Assembly (NCBI GenBank): GCA_964401905.1
Contig: CAYOAH010000001.1
Coordinates: forward strand, 45,162-109,161
Source: an uncultured Gammaproteobacteria bacterium
GTDB taxonomy: Bacteria; Patescibacteriota; Patescibacteriia; Patescibacteriales; Patescibacteriaceae
Direction: 5' to 3'
Length of the DNA: 64,000 bases
The translations under genes were made by a program, and so were the position numbers. How positions within the stretch are numbered: the first letter of the stretch is position 1; every line of letters starts with the position of its first letter. Under the pieces are notes generated by a model. That model worked only from the letters and a program-made list of their open reading frames with translations. It searched no databases and was not told where the DNA came from. This document shows positions 26,730 to 36,823 of the stretch, piece after piece.

Positions 26730-27392
26730 CTAAAAAGAGGGGGTCACAAGGCGATACCGTTCCCTAGCTTTCCAGACGGCACAGTCGTTCTCAAGATGAA
26801 TGACTTCGACACGCAAACCACCACCGTTCATACCGACGCTGGTCACGAAATACTGCTTATTTTCCTTTATCAGGAAAAACGTGGCGTATCCGTCTTGGCG
26901 CAGCCAATCTGGATACTTCTGGCAGAAGCTGATAATCTGAGCCTGAGACATAACTAGTTTGTCCAGATTATCAGCTAAAGAACCGAACATCTGACTGAAT
27001 GTTGCGTCTGTTTTCAAATCATAAATATCCAAGCCAGTTTTGACGGTTGCTGGGCTGGCTTTGTCCAAACCAAGACTCTTAAAATCAGAGTCAATATAGG
27101 ACATGAAAACGTTCTCGGCTTTGGCGATAGTCGCCTGACCGTCTAGAGCTTCAATAACTAAGCTCTCAGTGCCTGATATTAGCTTCAGAAAAGTATTCTG
27201 GGCTTCTCTGAAGTCATCAGCGATGACTTTCGCCACCGTTTCTAAAGTCTCGGCTCCCTCCGGAGTGGCGAGACGATAAATGGCTTCCATCGTGCCACCA
27301 AGTTTGGTGACAAGCTTAACCAAATCAGTAACGATACTGGTCAGGACGCCCATGGCCGATAAAATCGGCGCGACATCTTTTTTCTTGCCCAT
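26730..27392 (-). CDS. Hypothetical protein (220 aa), orphan
   Basis: Clean ORF with an AGGAG Shine-Dalgarno 5-9 nt upstream of the ATG. No motif recognised. Confidence 0.55.
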   Translation of the reverse strand: MGKKKDVAPILSAMGVLTSIVTDLVKLVTKLGGTMEAIYRLATPEGAETLETVAKVIADDFREAQNTFLKLISGTESLVIEALDGQATIAKAENVFMSYIDSDFKSLGLDKASPATVKTGLDIYDLKTDATFSQMFGSLADNLDKLVMSQAQIISFCQKYPDWLRQDGYATFFLIKENKQYFVTSVGMNGGGLRVEVIHLENDCAVWKARERYRLVTPSF

Positions 27393-27471
27393 TTTTTCTC
27401 CTTCTGACCAACCCCTCGCTCCAGCTTGATGCTAGAGTCCCAGATTAGTCAATTTGAAATGAACTAATAAA

Positions 27472-27499
27472 ACTATAGACTTTTTAACGATTCTGTCAA
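27472..27499 (-). promoter_or_regulatory. Sigma70-like promoter for the orphan 220-aa gene
   Basis: On the minus strand: TTGACA (27494-27499), 16-nt spacer, TATAGT (27472-27477). This gives a 5' UTR of about 70 nt. Confidence 0.5.
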
Positions 27500-27532
27500 T
27501 GTCTTGCAATGATTTGATATCTTGACACCAGC

Positions 27533-29206
27533 CTATTTCTTCCCCTTCAAACAAACCTTAATAAACTCAACAAACAATGGGTGTTGATCTAGTGGCCGCG
27601 AGATATATTCAGGATGAAATTGGGTGCCGATAAAGAAAGGATGATCAGTAATTTCAATTGCCTCAACTATCTGACCATCTGGCGAAGTGCCGGCAATGAT
27701 CAGGCCGCCTGTCTCTAATATCTCCCGATAATCATTATTAAATTCATAGCGATGGCGATGGCGTTCGCTGACGACCTTGGTGTCAGAGCCGAATTTCTTA
27801 GCATAAGCTTTGGCCAAATGAGTTCCTGGTACCAGCTGACAGGGCCAGCCGCCCAAGCGAATCGTGCCGCCGTATTGTCCTTTGGCCAATAATTCGGCTT
27901 GCCCGGGCATGATATTGATGACTGGATGCTTAGTTTTCGGATCAGCCTCCAAGCTATTAGCGCCCTTGAGGCCGCAGACATTACGGGCAAACTCAATCAC
28001 CGCCATCTGCATACCGTAACACAGGCCAAAATAAGGCACTTTATTGGTGCGACAATATTCAATCGCTTTAATCTTGCCTTCATGGCCGCGGCTACCCCAA
28101 CCCTGTGGCACGACGATGCCGTCATAGCCTTTCAGGATGCTTGTCCCCTTTTCTTCAACCTCTTCGGCGCTGAGCCACTCCAGCTGCGGCCGACAATTGT
28201 TGGCTACTCCAGCGTGCTTGAGAGCTTCAATGACACTAATATATGAATCAGTCAGGCAAAAGTCGCCGGAAGCGAAATACTTGCCGACTACGCCGATTTT
28301 AACCGTCTGCTGGCCGCGTTTGGCCTCTTTGACTTTTTCTGACATCATTCGCCAAGCCGCCGAGTCATTGCGCCGCGGCTTAAGACCAAAATGCTTCAAT
28401 ATCTTAAATGACAGATGATTCTTTTCAAAATTGGCCGGCACATCATAGATAGAGTCAATATCTGGGGCAGCAATAACATCGTCATTATGAATATTGCAAT
28501 GGATAGCAATCTTTTTGCGACGCGGTTCATCAATCGGCGTATCGGAGCGAGCGACAATAAAATCAGGTTGAATGCCAGCTGAGTTGAGCGCCCGCACCGC
28601 GTGCTGGGTTGGCTTGGTCTTCATTTCACCGATCTTGCCAGGCACTGGCAGGTAGCTGACCATGACAAACAGGACGCTCTTGGGATCCTGCAATCTCATA
28701 ACCCGAGCTGCTTCCAAAAACAGTAAATTCTCATATTCACCGACGGTGCCGCCGATTTCAATAATCATGATTTCGGCGCCAGTTTTCTTGACTGCCGCCT
28801 TGATCCGGTCACGCACTTCCATCGGAATATGGGGCACTACCTGGACACATTTGCCGCCATAGCCCAGATTGCGCTCGCGCTCAATGACCGTCTGATAAAT
28901 CCGGCCAGTCGTCATGTAATTTTCCTTATAGATATTACCATTCAAAAACCGTTCATAATTGCCGATGTCTTGATCGGTTTCATCACCGTCCTCAGTCACA
29001 AAAACTTCGCCGTGTTCAATCGGGTTCATCGTGCCAGCATCAATATTGATATAGGGATCAATTTTAATGGCACTCACCTTGTAGCCGCGGTCAATTAAAA
29101 TGCGGCCAATCGAGGCCGCCGTAATTCCCTTGCCGACACCAGACATTACGCCGCCAACTACGAAAACATATTTCGTCTTAGCTGGGCGAGTTTTCTTTAA
29201 AGCCAT
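27533..29206 (-). CDS. pyrG: CTP synthase
   Basis: KYVFVVGGVMSGVGKGI N-terminus and a C-terminal glutamine amidotransferase domain (GLCYGMQ, HRHRYE). The start is trimmed to ATG 29206. Confidence 0.95.
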   Translation of the reverse strand: MALKKTRPAKTKYVFVVGGVMSGVGKGITAASIGRILIDRGYKVSAIKIDPYINIDAGTMNPIEHGEVFVTEDGDETDQDIGNYERFLNGNIYKENYMTTGRIYQTVIERERNLGYGGKCVQVVPHIPMEVRDRIKAAVKKTGAEIMIIEIGGTVGEYENLLFLEAARVMRLQDPKSVLFVMVSYLPVPGKIGEMKTKPTQHAVRALNSAGIQPDFIVARSDTPIDEPRRKKIAIHCNIHNDDVIAAPDIDSIYDVPANFEKNHLSFKILKHFGLKPRRNDSAAWRMMSEKVKEAKRGQQTVKIGVVGKYFASGDFCLTDSYISVIEALKHAGVANNCRPQLEWLSAEEVEEKGTSILKGYDGIVVPQGWGSRGHEGKIKAIEYCRTNKVPYFGLCYGMQMAVIEFARNVCGLKGANSLEADPKTKHPVINIMPGQAELLAKGQYGGTIRLGGWPCQLVPGTHLAKAYAKKFGSDTKVVSERHRHRYEFNNDYREILETGGLIIAGTSPDGQIVEAIEITDHPFFIGTQFHPEYISRPLDQHPLFVEFIKVCLKGKK

Positions 29207-29304
29207 ATCGCAAATTAAATAATAATCCTTGGCTTGATTATAGCAAAAACAAAACCGCCCAGCCAGACCGGCCAAGCGGTTATAAAATAAGCTGATTATG
29301 AAAG

Positions 29305-29760
29305 CTAATCAATGCTGACAATCTGATATTCAATCTCGCCGCGTGGCGTCTGTACTTTGACCTTATCACCGGCAATATGCCCTAAAAAAGCTTGGCCCAA
29401 AGGTGATTCATTAGAAATCTTGCCATTGAGCGGATCGGCCTCATTAAAACTGACAATGGTAAACTCCTTAGTAACTTCCCCATTTTTAGCAGTCAAATGC
29501 GAACCCATGCCCACTTTGCCATTAGCGTGGCCATCAACCACAATTAAGCTCTTTAACAAATTAGACAATTCCGAAATCCGGCCTTCATTAAAGGCTTGCG
29601 CTTCTTTGGCATCGCTATATTCAGCATTCTCGCTTAAATCACCCAATTCTTTAGCCCGCTCAATCCGCTCGGCAATTTCTCGGCGCCGCTCGGTGCTCAA
29701 GAGCTCCAACTCTTCAACTAATTTTTGATAACCCTCGCGGGAAATGATTTGTTCACTCAT
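29305..29760 (-). CDS. greA: Transcription elongation factor GreA
   Basis: ELGDLSENAEYSDAKEAQ coiled-coil motif. 151 aa. Confidence 0.92.
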   Translation of the reverse strand: MSEQIISREGYQKLVEELELLSTERRREIAERIERAKELGDLSENAEYSDAKEAQAFNEGRISELSNLLKSLIVVDGHANGKVGMGSHLTAKNGEVTKEFTIVSFNEADPLNGKISNESPLGQAFLGHIAGDKVKVQTPRGEIEYQIVSID

Positions 29761-29855
29761 AATCTAAACCCTTTTAATAAAAGACGCGAAATAATACTTC
29801 GCGCCAAAAACAATAACGCCAATTATATACTAAAAGCCAAAACTTGGCAAGAGCT

Positions 29856-32594
29856 TTAGAGAGCGGCTGCTGAAACTATCTCGACCTGACCTTGTTCATT
29901 AATCAAAACAGTGTCACGGCGCTTTAAAGTCTTGGCTAACAGATTTTCAGCCAAGGTATTGTTGATTGTATCTTGCAATAAACGCTTCAGCGGCCGCGCG
30001 CCATATTCCGGATCAAAACCGGCTTTAGCCAAATAAATCAAGCCTTGATCGCTAACCTGGAAATTAATATTTTTGTCGGCTAATTGACGGCCGATCTTGT
30101 TTAATTGTAATCGGGCAATCGCTTGCATATCTTCAATATTGAGCGGTCTAAAGACAACAACGCCGTCAAAACGATTAATCAATTCCGGCCGCATTACTTT
30201 AACTAGTTCATTATCCATCACCCATTGGCGGATAGCCCCAAGATCAGCCCCGGCCTTGACCTGTTCACGAATATACAGCGCTCCGGCATTAGAAGTAGCA
30301 ATAATAATGGTATTGCTGAAATCAATCGTCCGGCCTTGAGCATCAGTCAGACGGCCATCGTCAAAAACTTGCAAGAATAAGTTCAAAATATCCGGATGAG
30401 CTTTTTCCAATTCGTCCAACAAGACCAAGCTAAATGGTTTTTGGCGCACCGCCTCAGTTAAATAGCCGGTTTCGCCATTGCCGCCAATCATCTTATTAAC
30501 GCTATCCGGTCGCTGATATTCGCTCATATCCAGTCTAATCATAGAGCCCTCATCACCAAAATAGACCTCAGCCAGTGTTTTAGCTAACTCAGTTTTACCG
30601 ACACCAGTCGGACCTAAAAATAAAAAGTTGGCAATCGGCTTACTAATATCCCGCAATTCCACCCGAGCCCGACGCAAACTGGCCGCCACCATATCCACCG
30701 CCTCCTCTTGACCGATTAAGCGCTGATGAATCGTTTCTTCCAAATTTAATAATAGCTCGCTTTCTTGCTGACCGACCTGTTGCATCGGCACGCCAAAGGC
30801 CTGACTAGCATAAGCTCGGACTACTTCATCGCTAACTAGCCGTGGCGTGGCCTGTTTGGCGGCTTGTCGTGCTGACGCCTCAAGGACACTCAAAAAACGG
30901 GCTGGTTGAGCCGGGTCTGAAGCATAGCGCTGGCTGGCTAATTTAGCCGTTTCCAAAGCAGCATAAGTAAAAATAACCCCCAACCGTCTTTCCCAATAAC
31001 TGGCCCAGCTTTCAGCAATAGTCATCATCTGCTGATTATCTGGCTCAGCAATATCAATTTTGGCCAGATTGGCACCAATAGATCGTTTAGCCAAATGCTC
31101 TTGGTAATCAACTTGGTCAACGGTAGTTAAACAGCGCAAAGCCCCGCGCTGTAAGGCGTTAGACAAGATGTCAGATAAATCCAAGCTCTGTTCTTGACCA
31201 CTGGACAGACCGGCAATCTTTTCAATCCCATCAATAAATAAAATTATGTTACCGGCCTGATTAACTTCGGAAATAATTCTAGCCAGCTTGCCCTGAGCCT
31301 CTTCTGGACCAGAACCACCTAATAATGTTGCCAGATCAACCTCCACTAATCGTTTGTCTTGTAAAAAAACCGGCACATCTTCAGCCACCATCAATTGAGC
31401 CAAGCCGTAGGCTAGTGATTTCTTGCCCACCCCCTCCGGACCGACCAAAACTACGCCCATTCGGCCAGCCGACCAAGCTTCTAAAATTTGACTAAGCTCG
31501 GTTGTCCGCGCCACGCAGAGCGGTAATTGATTATTCTTGGCAGCTAAGGTCAAATCATAAGAATATTGGTTCAAGAACGGTGTCGCCACGGCCGTGTAGG
31601 CTCGATCCATATTGGAGCCGGGCTTAAATTGCGCCGAATCTCTAATCTGTAAATAAGTCTTAGCTAAACGACGATTAATGTGAAACCAATTAGCCACATC
31701 GCTAAACTTGTCCTCTTTGGCGCCAGTATCATAAATAACTTCTTTAATCAGTTGACTTTGCTTAATCAGCGGCGCCAAGAAATCAACCGTTAGCGGCACC
31801 TCACCCAAGGACCAGGCACTGGCCACCCCCTGGATTATGGCCGACCTAACCTCAACCGATAAACTAATCGACTGAACTTTAGCCTTATCTTTAGTTTGAT
31901 GTTTGCCCAGTTTGTCGGCAATTGCTTTGCCATCTAAATTAAGCCTGAACAATAAAGACTTAACTACTGGGTCGGCCAATAGAACTTGGAACCATTGTTC
32001 GGCAGTAATCTGACTGTGGCCATGGCTAGCTGACGACAACAACGCTCGTTCTAAGCTCAGCATGACTTCCGTTGGCAATTGGTTAATCAAGTTTAATAGG
32101 CGCTTTCTAGGCAATTGAAAAACAGCCAGCCAATCAGCTGGCGGCAATAATTGTTCATCAACATCCAACCGCGGCAACTTAATGACTTGAGTGTTGCGAA
32201 TTAGCCGATAAATTGCCGCTAAAGTAAACAGGAACGACCAAGCAAACCAGCGCTTGGGCCAAGTTGGCGTTAACCACCAAGCCGCCTGACCGATTTGGGT
32301 CCAATCAATAAACCAGTTACTGGCTTGACCAACCTGCCAAACCAGAACGATCCAACCGCTTAATGCTGCTAAATATAAAGCTAGATCTAAAATCAACAAA
32401 ATCCGCCGGCCAAGCTGTTTTTGTCCAATAACCAACCATGAAGACGACCAATCAACAAATAACCAGTGACTGGCACCAAACCAGCCAACGCCGTGACCGT
32501 GGCAAGTCGCGCAAGGTATGCCCTCAATATAACCGGCGCCATGACAAGAATCACAGACCAACCAGCCATTATTAACCTTACGGTTCTTGACCAT
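29856..32594 (-). CDS. Membrane-anchored Clp/Hsp100-family AAA+ ATPase with an N-terminal DnaJ-type zinc finger
   Basis: N-terminus CDSCHGAGYIEGIPCATCHGHG (2x CxxCxGxG), then W-rich TM segments and Clp_N-like repeats. D1 is degenerate (GPEGVGKKS; LFIDGIEK). D2 is canonical ([12 protein letters not shown]; LLDELEKAH). Confidence 0.8.
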   Translation of the reverse strand: MVKNRKVNNGWLVCDSCHGAGYIEGIPCATCHGHGVGWFGASHWLFVDWSSSWLVIGQKQLGRRILLILDLALYLAALSGWIVLVWQVGQASNWFIDWTQIGQAAWWLTPTWPKRWFAWSFLFTLAAIYRLIRNTQVIKLPRLDVDEQLLPPADWLAVFQLPRKRLLNLINQLPTEVMLSLERALLSSASHGHSQITAEQWFQVLLADPVVKSLLFRLNLDGKAIADKLGKHQTKDKAKVQSISLSVEVRSAIIQGVASAWSLGEVPLTVDFLAPLIKQSQLIKEVIYDTGAKEDKFSDVANWFHINRRLAKTYLQIRDSAQFKPGSNMDRAYTAVATPFLNQYSYDLTLAAKNNQLPLCVARTTELSQILEAWSAGRMGVVLVGPEGVGKKSLAYGLAQLMVAEDVPVFLQDKRLVEVDLATLLGGSGPEEAQGKLARIISEVNQAGNIILFIDGIEKIAGLSSGQEQSLDLSDILSNALQRGALRCLTTVDQVDYQEHLAKRSIGANLAKIDIAEPDNQQMMTIAESWASYWERRLGVIFTYAALETAKLASQRYASDPAQPARFLSVLEASARQAAKQATPRLVSDEVVRAYASQAFGVPMQQVGQQESELLLNLEETIHQRLIGQEEAVDMVAASLRRARVELRDISKPIANFLFLGPTGVGKTELAKTLAEVYFGDEGSMIRLDMSEYQRPDSVNKMIGGNGETGYLTEAVRQKPFSLVLLDELEKAHPDILNLFLQVFDDGRLTDAQGRTIDFSNTIIIATSNAGALYIREQVKAGADLGAIRQWVMDNELVKVMRPELINRFDGVVVFRPLNIEDMQAIARLQLNKIGRQLADKNINFQVSDQGLIYLAKAGFDPEYGARPLKRLLQDTINNTLAENLLAKTLKRRDTVLINEQGQVEIVSAAAL

Positions 32595-32925
32595 AATATA
32601 GAATATACAAATAATAGAAAATCGCTACCGGAGCCGCCGGCCAAGCCATAATAGCCAACAAGGCAACCACCCAGCAAACCAGCCAGATGGCCAGACGGGA
32701 GATAATCTGGACTATCCTCATCATGAAGCTGATTAAGAAACTGACAATATCGCGCTGGCCATACATCGGTACAAAAATATTCTTCAGCCAGACCGCTAAA
32801 GCCAAACCGCGACTAATCTTATTTAACCAGGCCCACCAATAGCCAATCCAAATAAACCACCCTTGGGAATACCACCACCAGGGGAACCAGAATATCTCTT
32901 TAAAAATCCGCCAAACAATATACAT
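32578..32925 (-). CDS. Small Trp-rich membrane protein
   Basis: 115 aa, multiple hydrophobic segments. Its stop overlaps the start of the Clp-like gene by 17 nt. Confidence 0.45.
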   Translation of the reverse strand: MYIVWRIFKEIFWFPWWWYSQGWFIWIGYWWAWLNKISRGLALAVWLKNIFVPMYGQRDIVSFLISFMMRIVQIISRLAIWLVCWVVALLAIMAWPAAPVAIFYYLYILYYGQEP

Positions 32926-32954
32926 ACTAAATAGTATAACAAAATAAACCCTTC

Positions 32955-34250
32955 TTAGCTATCTAACCAGCTGCCATCTTGACGGACTAGTTGACTGGCT
33001 GCCGCGGTTGGATCCAATAATAACGCCTTAGTTATCCTTTCTATACGAGACCCCTGCGAGCCTTTTAGTAGAACAACCGCCCGCTCAGGAATAATCTCTC
33101 TAATCTTATCAGCGGCGGCTATGGAATCAGCAAAATAATCAATCTGACCAGCCCAACCGCGCTCTCGAGCCTCTTGGCCAATCATTTCAGCCAGCGAACC
33201 GACCAAGACTAAATGGCCAATCGGTAATTGAGCGACAATCTGCCCGATTCGACGATGTTCGGCTGGTCCGTCAACTCCTAATTCCAACATATCGCCCAAG
33301 ACAGCTACCCGCTGCAGCGCTGGCCAGCGACCCAGAATATCCAAAGCTGCCGCTACGGCTGTCGGCGAAGCATTATATGAATCATCTAATAAAATAGCGT
33401 TTTGACAACCGGTCAAGATGTTGAGCCGACCTTTGGGCGCATGAAAATCGCCAAGAGCTTTGATGGCGGTTAACAAATCAATCTCTTGGCTGATGCCGAC
33501 CGCAATCGCCGCCAAAACCGAGTAAACCGCCGCCTCACTAATTATTCCCGGCAGAGTTACTGACACAGTGGCGGCTTGATAACTCAATTTAAAACGCAAA
33601 CCAACCGATGATGGAATTGCCTTTTCACCGACCTGACCATAATCAAATTGTAGGTCGGTTGCCCGAACATCGGCTTGCGGTCCAAAACCATAGGTTATTA
33701 TTTGAACCTGTTTATTGTGGCCAGTCATTAGACGAGCCCGCTGATCGTCAGCATTAAGAACTGCCCAACCAGCGGCCGGCAGACTGACGATGAGCTTTCC
33801 TTTCTCCTGAGCAATGTTGTCCTGGCTGCCGAAGAATTCTAAATGAGCTTGACCGATAGCGGTAATAATACCGATATTGGGCTGAACAATGGATAACAGG
33901 TAATCCATATCGCCTGGATGATCGACACCCATTTCTAAAACTAAAAATTCTGGATAACTAGGATCGGTTTTTTGAATCAGCCGCCAAGCTGAAAACAAAA
34001 CCTTAAGCCAGCCACCGATTGACCGGCCTGGCGATTCTAGTCCTAGAATAGTTAATGGCAAACCAATCTCATTATTATAGTTTTTGATATTGCCACGAAC
34101 GCGATATTTCTTAGCTAGCACCATCAACACTGCCTCCTTGGTCGTAGTCTTACCAACACTGCCGGTAATGCCAATAATCTGCGGTTGATATTTATCGATC
34201 ACCGCTCGAGCTAACCTTCTTAATAAATAGCGAAGCAAGTGGCTAAGCAT
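32955..34250 (-). CDS. murF: UDP-MurNAc-tripeptide--D-Ala-D-Ala ligase
   Basis: Mur ligase P-loop GITGSVGKTTTKE, DDSYNASP motif, and position in the dcw cluster after ftsI. Confidence 0.85.
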   Translation of the reverse strand: MLSHLLRYLLRRLARAVIDKYQPQIIGITGSVGKTTTKEAVLMVLAKKYRVRGNIKNYNNEIGLPLTILGLESPGRSIGGWLKVLFSAWRLIQKTDPSYPEFLVLEMGVDHPGDMDYLLSIVQPNIGIITAIGQAHLEFFGSQDNIAQEKGKLIVSLPAAGWAVLNADDQRARLMTGHNKQVQIITYGFGPQADVRATDLQFDYGQVGEKAIPSSVGLRFKLSYQAATVSVTLPGIISEAAVYSVLAAIAVGISQEIDLLTAIKALGDFHAPKGRLNILTGCQNAILLDDSYNASPTAVAAALDILGRWPALQRVAVLGDMLELGVDGPAEHRRIGQIVAQLPIGHLVLVGSLAEMIGQEARERGWAGQIDYFADSIAAADKIREIIPERAVVLLKGSQGSRIERITKALLLDPTAAASQLVRQDGSWLDS

Positions 34251-34257
34251 AAAACGA

Positions 34258-36459
34258 TTATTTAGCCGGACGCTGCGCCGGCACCTGCTTATATTTTAGA
34301 ATAAAATTGGCAATTTCACCAAATAGCGGTGCCGCCGAACTCTCCGCCCAAACCACGCCGCGCGGATGATCAATCCTGACCACCATAACAAAAATCGGGT
34401 CTTCCACCGGAGCATAACCGGCAAACGAACCGATATTAATATTAGCTAAATAACCGCGGCCGTCTTTGCTGGGCACCTGAGCGGTGCCAGTCTTACCAGC
34501 CACATAATAGCCATCAACTCCGGCTTTTTTGCCATGACCATCTTCCACCACATTAACCAGCATACCGCCAACCGTTCGCGCTGCCTGCGGACTGATTACC
34601 TGCTCCACCACTTGCGGCTCAGCCTTGATCCGGCCACCATCCGGCGCCACAATTTCTTCCACCAAATACGGTTTCATCAATTTACCCTCATTAGCCAAGG
34701 CGCCGAAAGCCATCGCCATCTGCAGAGTAGTCACATTAATGCCTTGACCGAAAGAAGCAGTGGCCGCGTTAATTTCTTGGCCGAATTTACGATATAAATT
34801 ATTCAAATTACCGGGTGATTCTGAATCTAGCTCAATACCAGTTGGTCGGCCAAAACCGAATTTTTTCAAGCTATCGCGAAAAGTATCAATTCCCAGACGA
34901 TTAAGCACATAAACCATGCCGGTGTTTAAAGAGTCTTGCAATACTCTAACCATATTAACCACTCCCCGCCCTTTAAAATCAGAATTATTAATCTTATTCT
35001 TGCCGACCATGACTGAACCGGCGTCATTATAGGTAGTTTGCGGCGTCACCTTGCCCCGATCAATACCAATAGCCATTGTAATGGCCTTAAAAATTGAACC
35101 TGGCTCATAGGCTTCAAAAGTCGGTTGGTTATTGAATTGCCGCAAGTCTTTGACTAACTGAAAATCATTCGGATCAAAATCTGGTGCTGAACACATCGCC
35201 AAAATAGCTCCGGTCTTAGGATTAATAATAATGACGCTGCCAGAATCAGCCTGATGTTTAGCCACGGTTGCCAGCAGCTTGCTACAGGCAATATTTTGAA
35301 TAGACCGATCAATCGTCAAAATCAAATCAGAGCCATTAGTCTGCTGCTGATAATCACGACCCTGCAAAATGGTGGCCTTATTGGCGCTGCGCTCGCCCTT
35401 CATTGACCCGGCCCGACCCATCAAGATATCGTCAAAAGCTCCCTCTAAGCCGTATTGCCCTCGGCCAATTAAATCATCATCATTCTCTAGCGACACAAAA
35501 CCAAGCATATTGGCGCCAATATTCTTTTCCGGATAATAACGATAATCACGGCTGCTCTGTCCCAAACCATTAATCGTTATCGTCGTCGACTTAGCTTGAC
35601 CGGCCGGCTGCCAAACAACTGTCTCGCCACTGATTGACAAGTCGTCCGGTTTAACGGCGGCTTCGCCCTGCTGTCGACTCAAAACTTTAAAATAAATCTT
35701 TAAAATTTGTTCACTCTCCAATTTTTTGGCTACCACTTCATAAGGATCATCACCCTTGTTCAAGATATCTAAATATTCCTTAATCTTAGCCTCTGATTTC
35801 TCTTTAATCGCTGCTTCACGTCGCGCTTTAGACATTTCCTGATAAAACGGATCAGTCAGCAATTCGGTTTGGCGCTTCAGAATTGCTTCTTTGGCAGCGG
35901 CTAATTCATCGGTGCTGGAAGCGGCCGGCAATTGATTTAACTGCTCATCCAATTGCTGCTTCAAGCGATCATTTTCAATTTTATCAATCTCTGCCATAAT
36001 CATCGGCTGATCAAAACTCTCAAATAATATTTCCGCCAATTCTGACGGTTCCAAGATAATAGACAAGACTTTATTATTTTTAGATTGAGTCTCGGCTTGC
36101 TGTTGGCGTAATTTGCTTAAGGACTCAGCCTGCAAAGCATTAGGCACAGCATAAAGAGTAAAAAAGCGCCGATTAGTAGCAATCGGATAAAGCTCGCTGC
36201 CGGCAACAGCCGAATTATTATGAACAAAAATCTGGCCGCGGGTCGGCGCCAGCTGGACATTAAATTCGTGCTGGTCGCGAGCCTTAGTTAAATAATGATT
36301 ATGTTTAATCAACTGTAACCAAAAAAGCCGACCGATTATCGCTAGGCCGACCACGGCAAAAGCCGCAAAAACAATATTAAAATTAGAATTAAGCCGCTTG
36401 CTGGACTGAACGGCGCCAGAACGGTTATGCCGGCTGATCAGCCGCCCTGATTGAGCCAT
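34258..36459 (-). CDS. ftsI: Class B penicillin-binding protein (FtsI-like) with a long coiled-coil insertion
   Basis: N-terminal TM segment. Transpeptidase motifs: EPGSIFK (SxxK), LNTG (read as the SxN-motif position; tentative) and KTGTAQ (KTG). Located in the dcw cluster. Confidence 0.85.
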   Translation of the reverse strand: MAQSGRLISRHNRSGAVQSSKRLNSNFNIVFAAFAVVGLAIIGRLFWLQLIKHNHYLTKARDQHEFNVQLAPTRGQIFVHNNSAVAGSELYPIATNRRFFTLYAVPNALQAESLSKLRQQQAETQSKNNKVLSIILEPSELAEILFESFDQPMIMAEIDKIENDRLKQQLDEQLNQLPAASSTDELAAAKEAILKRQTELLTDPFYQEMSKARREAAIKEKSEAKIKEYLDILNKGDDPYEVVAKKLESEQILKIYFKVLSRQQGEAAVKPDDLSISGETVVWQPAGQAKSTTITINGLGQSSRDYRYYPEKNIGANMLGFVSLENDDDLIGRGQYGLEGAFDDILMGRAGSMKGERSANKATILQGRDYQQQTNGSDLILTIDRSIQNIACSKLLATVAKHQADSGSVIIINPKTGAILAMCSAPDFDPNDFQLVKDLRQFNNQPTFEAYEPGSIFKAITMAIGIDRGKVTPQTTYNDAGSVMVGKNKINNSDFKGRGVVNMVRVLQDSLNTGMVYVLNRLGIDTFRDSLKKFGFGRPTGIELDSESPGNLNNLYRKFGQEINAATASFGQGINVTTLQMAMAFGALANEGKLMKPYLVEEIVAPDGGRIKAEPQVVEQVISPQAARTVGGMLVNVVEDGHGKKAGVDGYYVAGKTGTAQVPSKDGRGYLANINIGSFAGYAPVEDPIFVMVVRIDHPRGVVWAESSAAPLFGEIANFILKYKQVPAQRPAK

Positions 36460-36465
36460 AACTGC

Positions 36466-36813
36466 CTATCTTTTAGCCAACAAATCATTGGTGACCGCGT
36501 AGGGCAAGCGATCAACTGGCACCATGCCCAGGCTCTGTACTCGGCTCTGCAAATAATCATAAGAGCTAAGCAAGGCCACCTGCCCTTGCAAGTCGGCTTG
36601 CTGTTGGCGCAATTCCGCTAATTGGCTCTTGCAATCTTTGAGAGCGAATGACTTGGCCGCCAAATCATTGGCCACCACCAAATAAGACAAAACCAACACT
36701 GCTGTTCCCAGCCATAAACAACGATTAACCCGCTGCCAACTCCAACCACGCTTGGCCGGTTTCTTGGTCTTGGAACAATTGGCAGAAACTAATTCTTGAT
36801 TGTTGACGGTCAT
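36466..36813 (-). CDS. FtsL/septum-formation-initiator-like protein
   Basis: Single TM segment followed by a coiled coil (CKSQLAELRQQQADLQGQV). Sits between rsmH and ftsI. ATG 36813 is preferred over the TTG at 36831. Confidence 0.5.
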   Translation of the reverse strand: MTVNNQELVSANCSKTKKPAKRGWSWQRVNRCLWLGTAVLVLSYLVVANDLAAKSFALKDCKSQLAELRQQQADLQGQVALLSSYDYLQSRVQSLGMVPVDRLPYAVTNDLLAKR

Positions 36814-36823
36814 AGGGGGGTTA

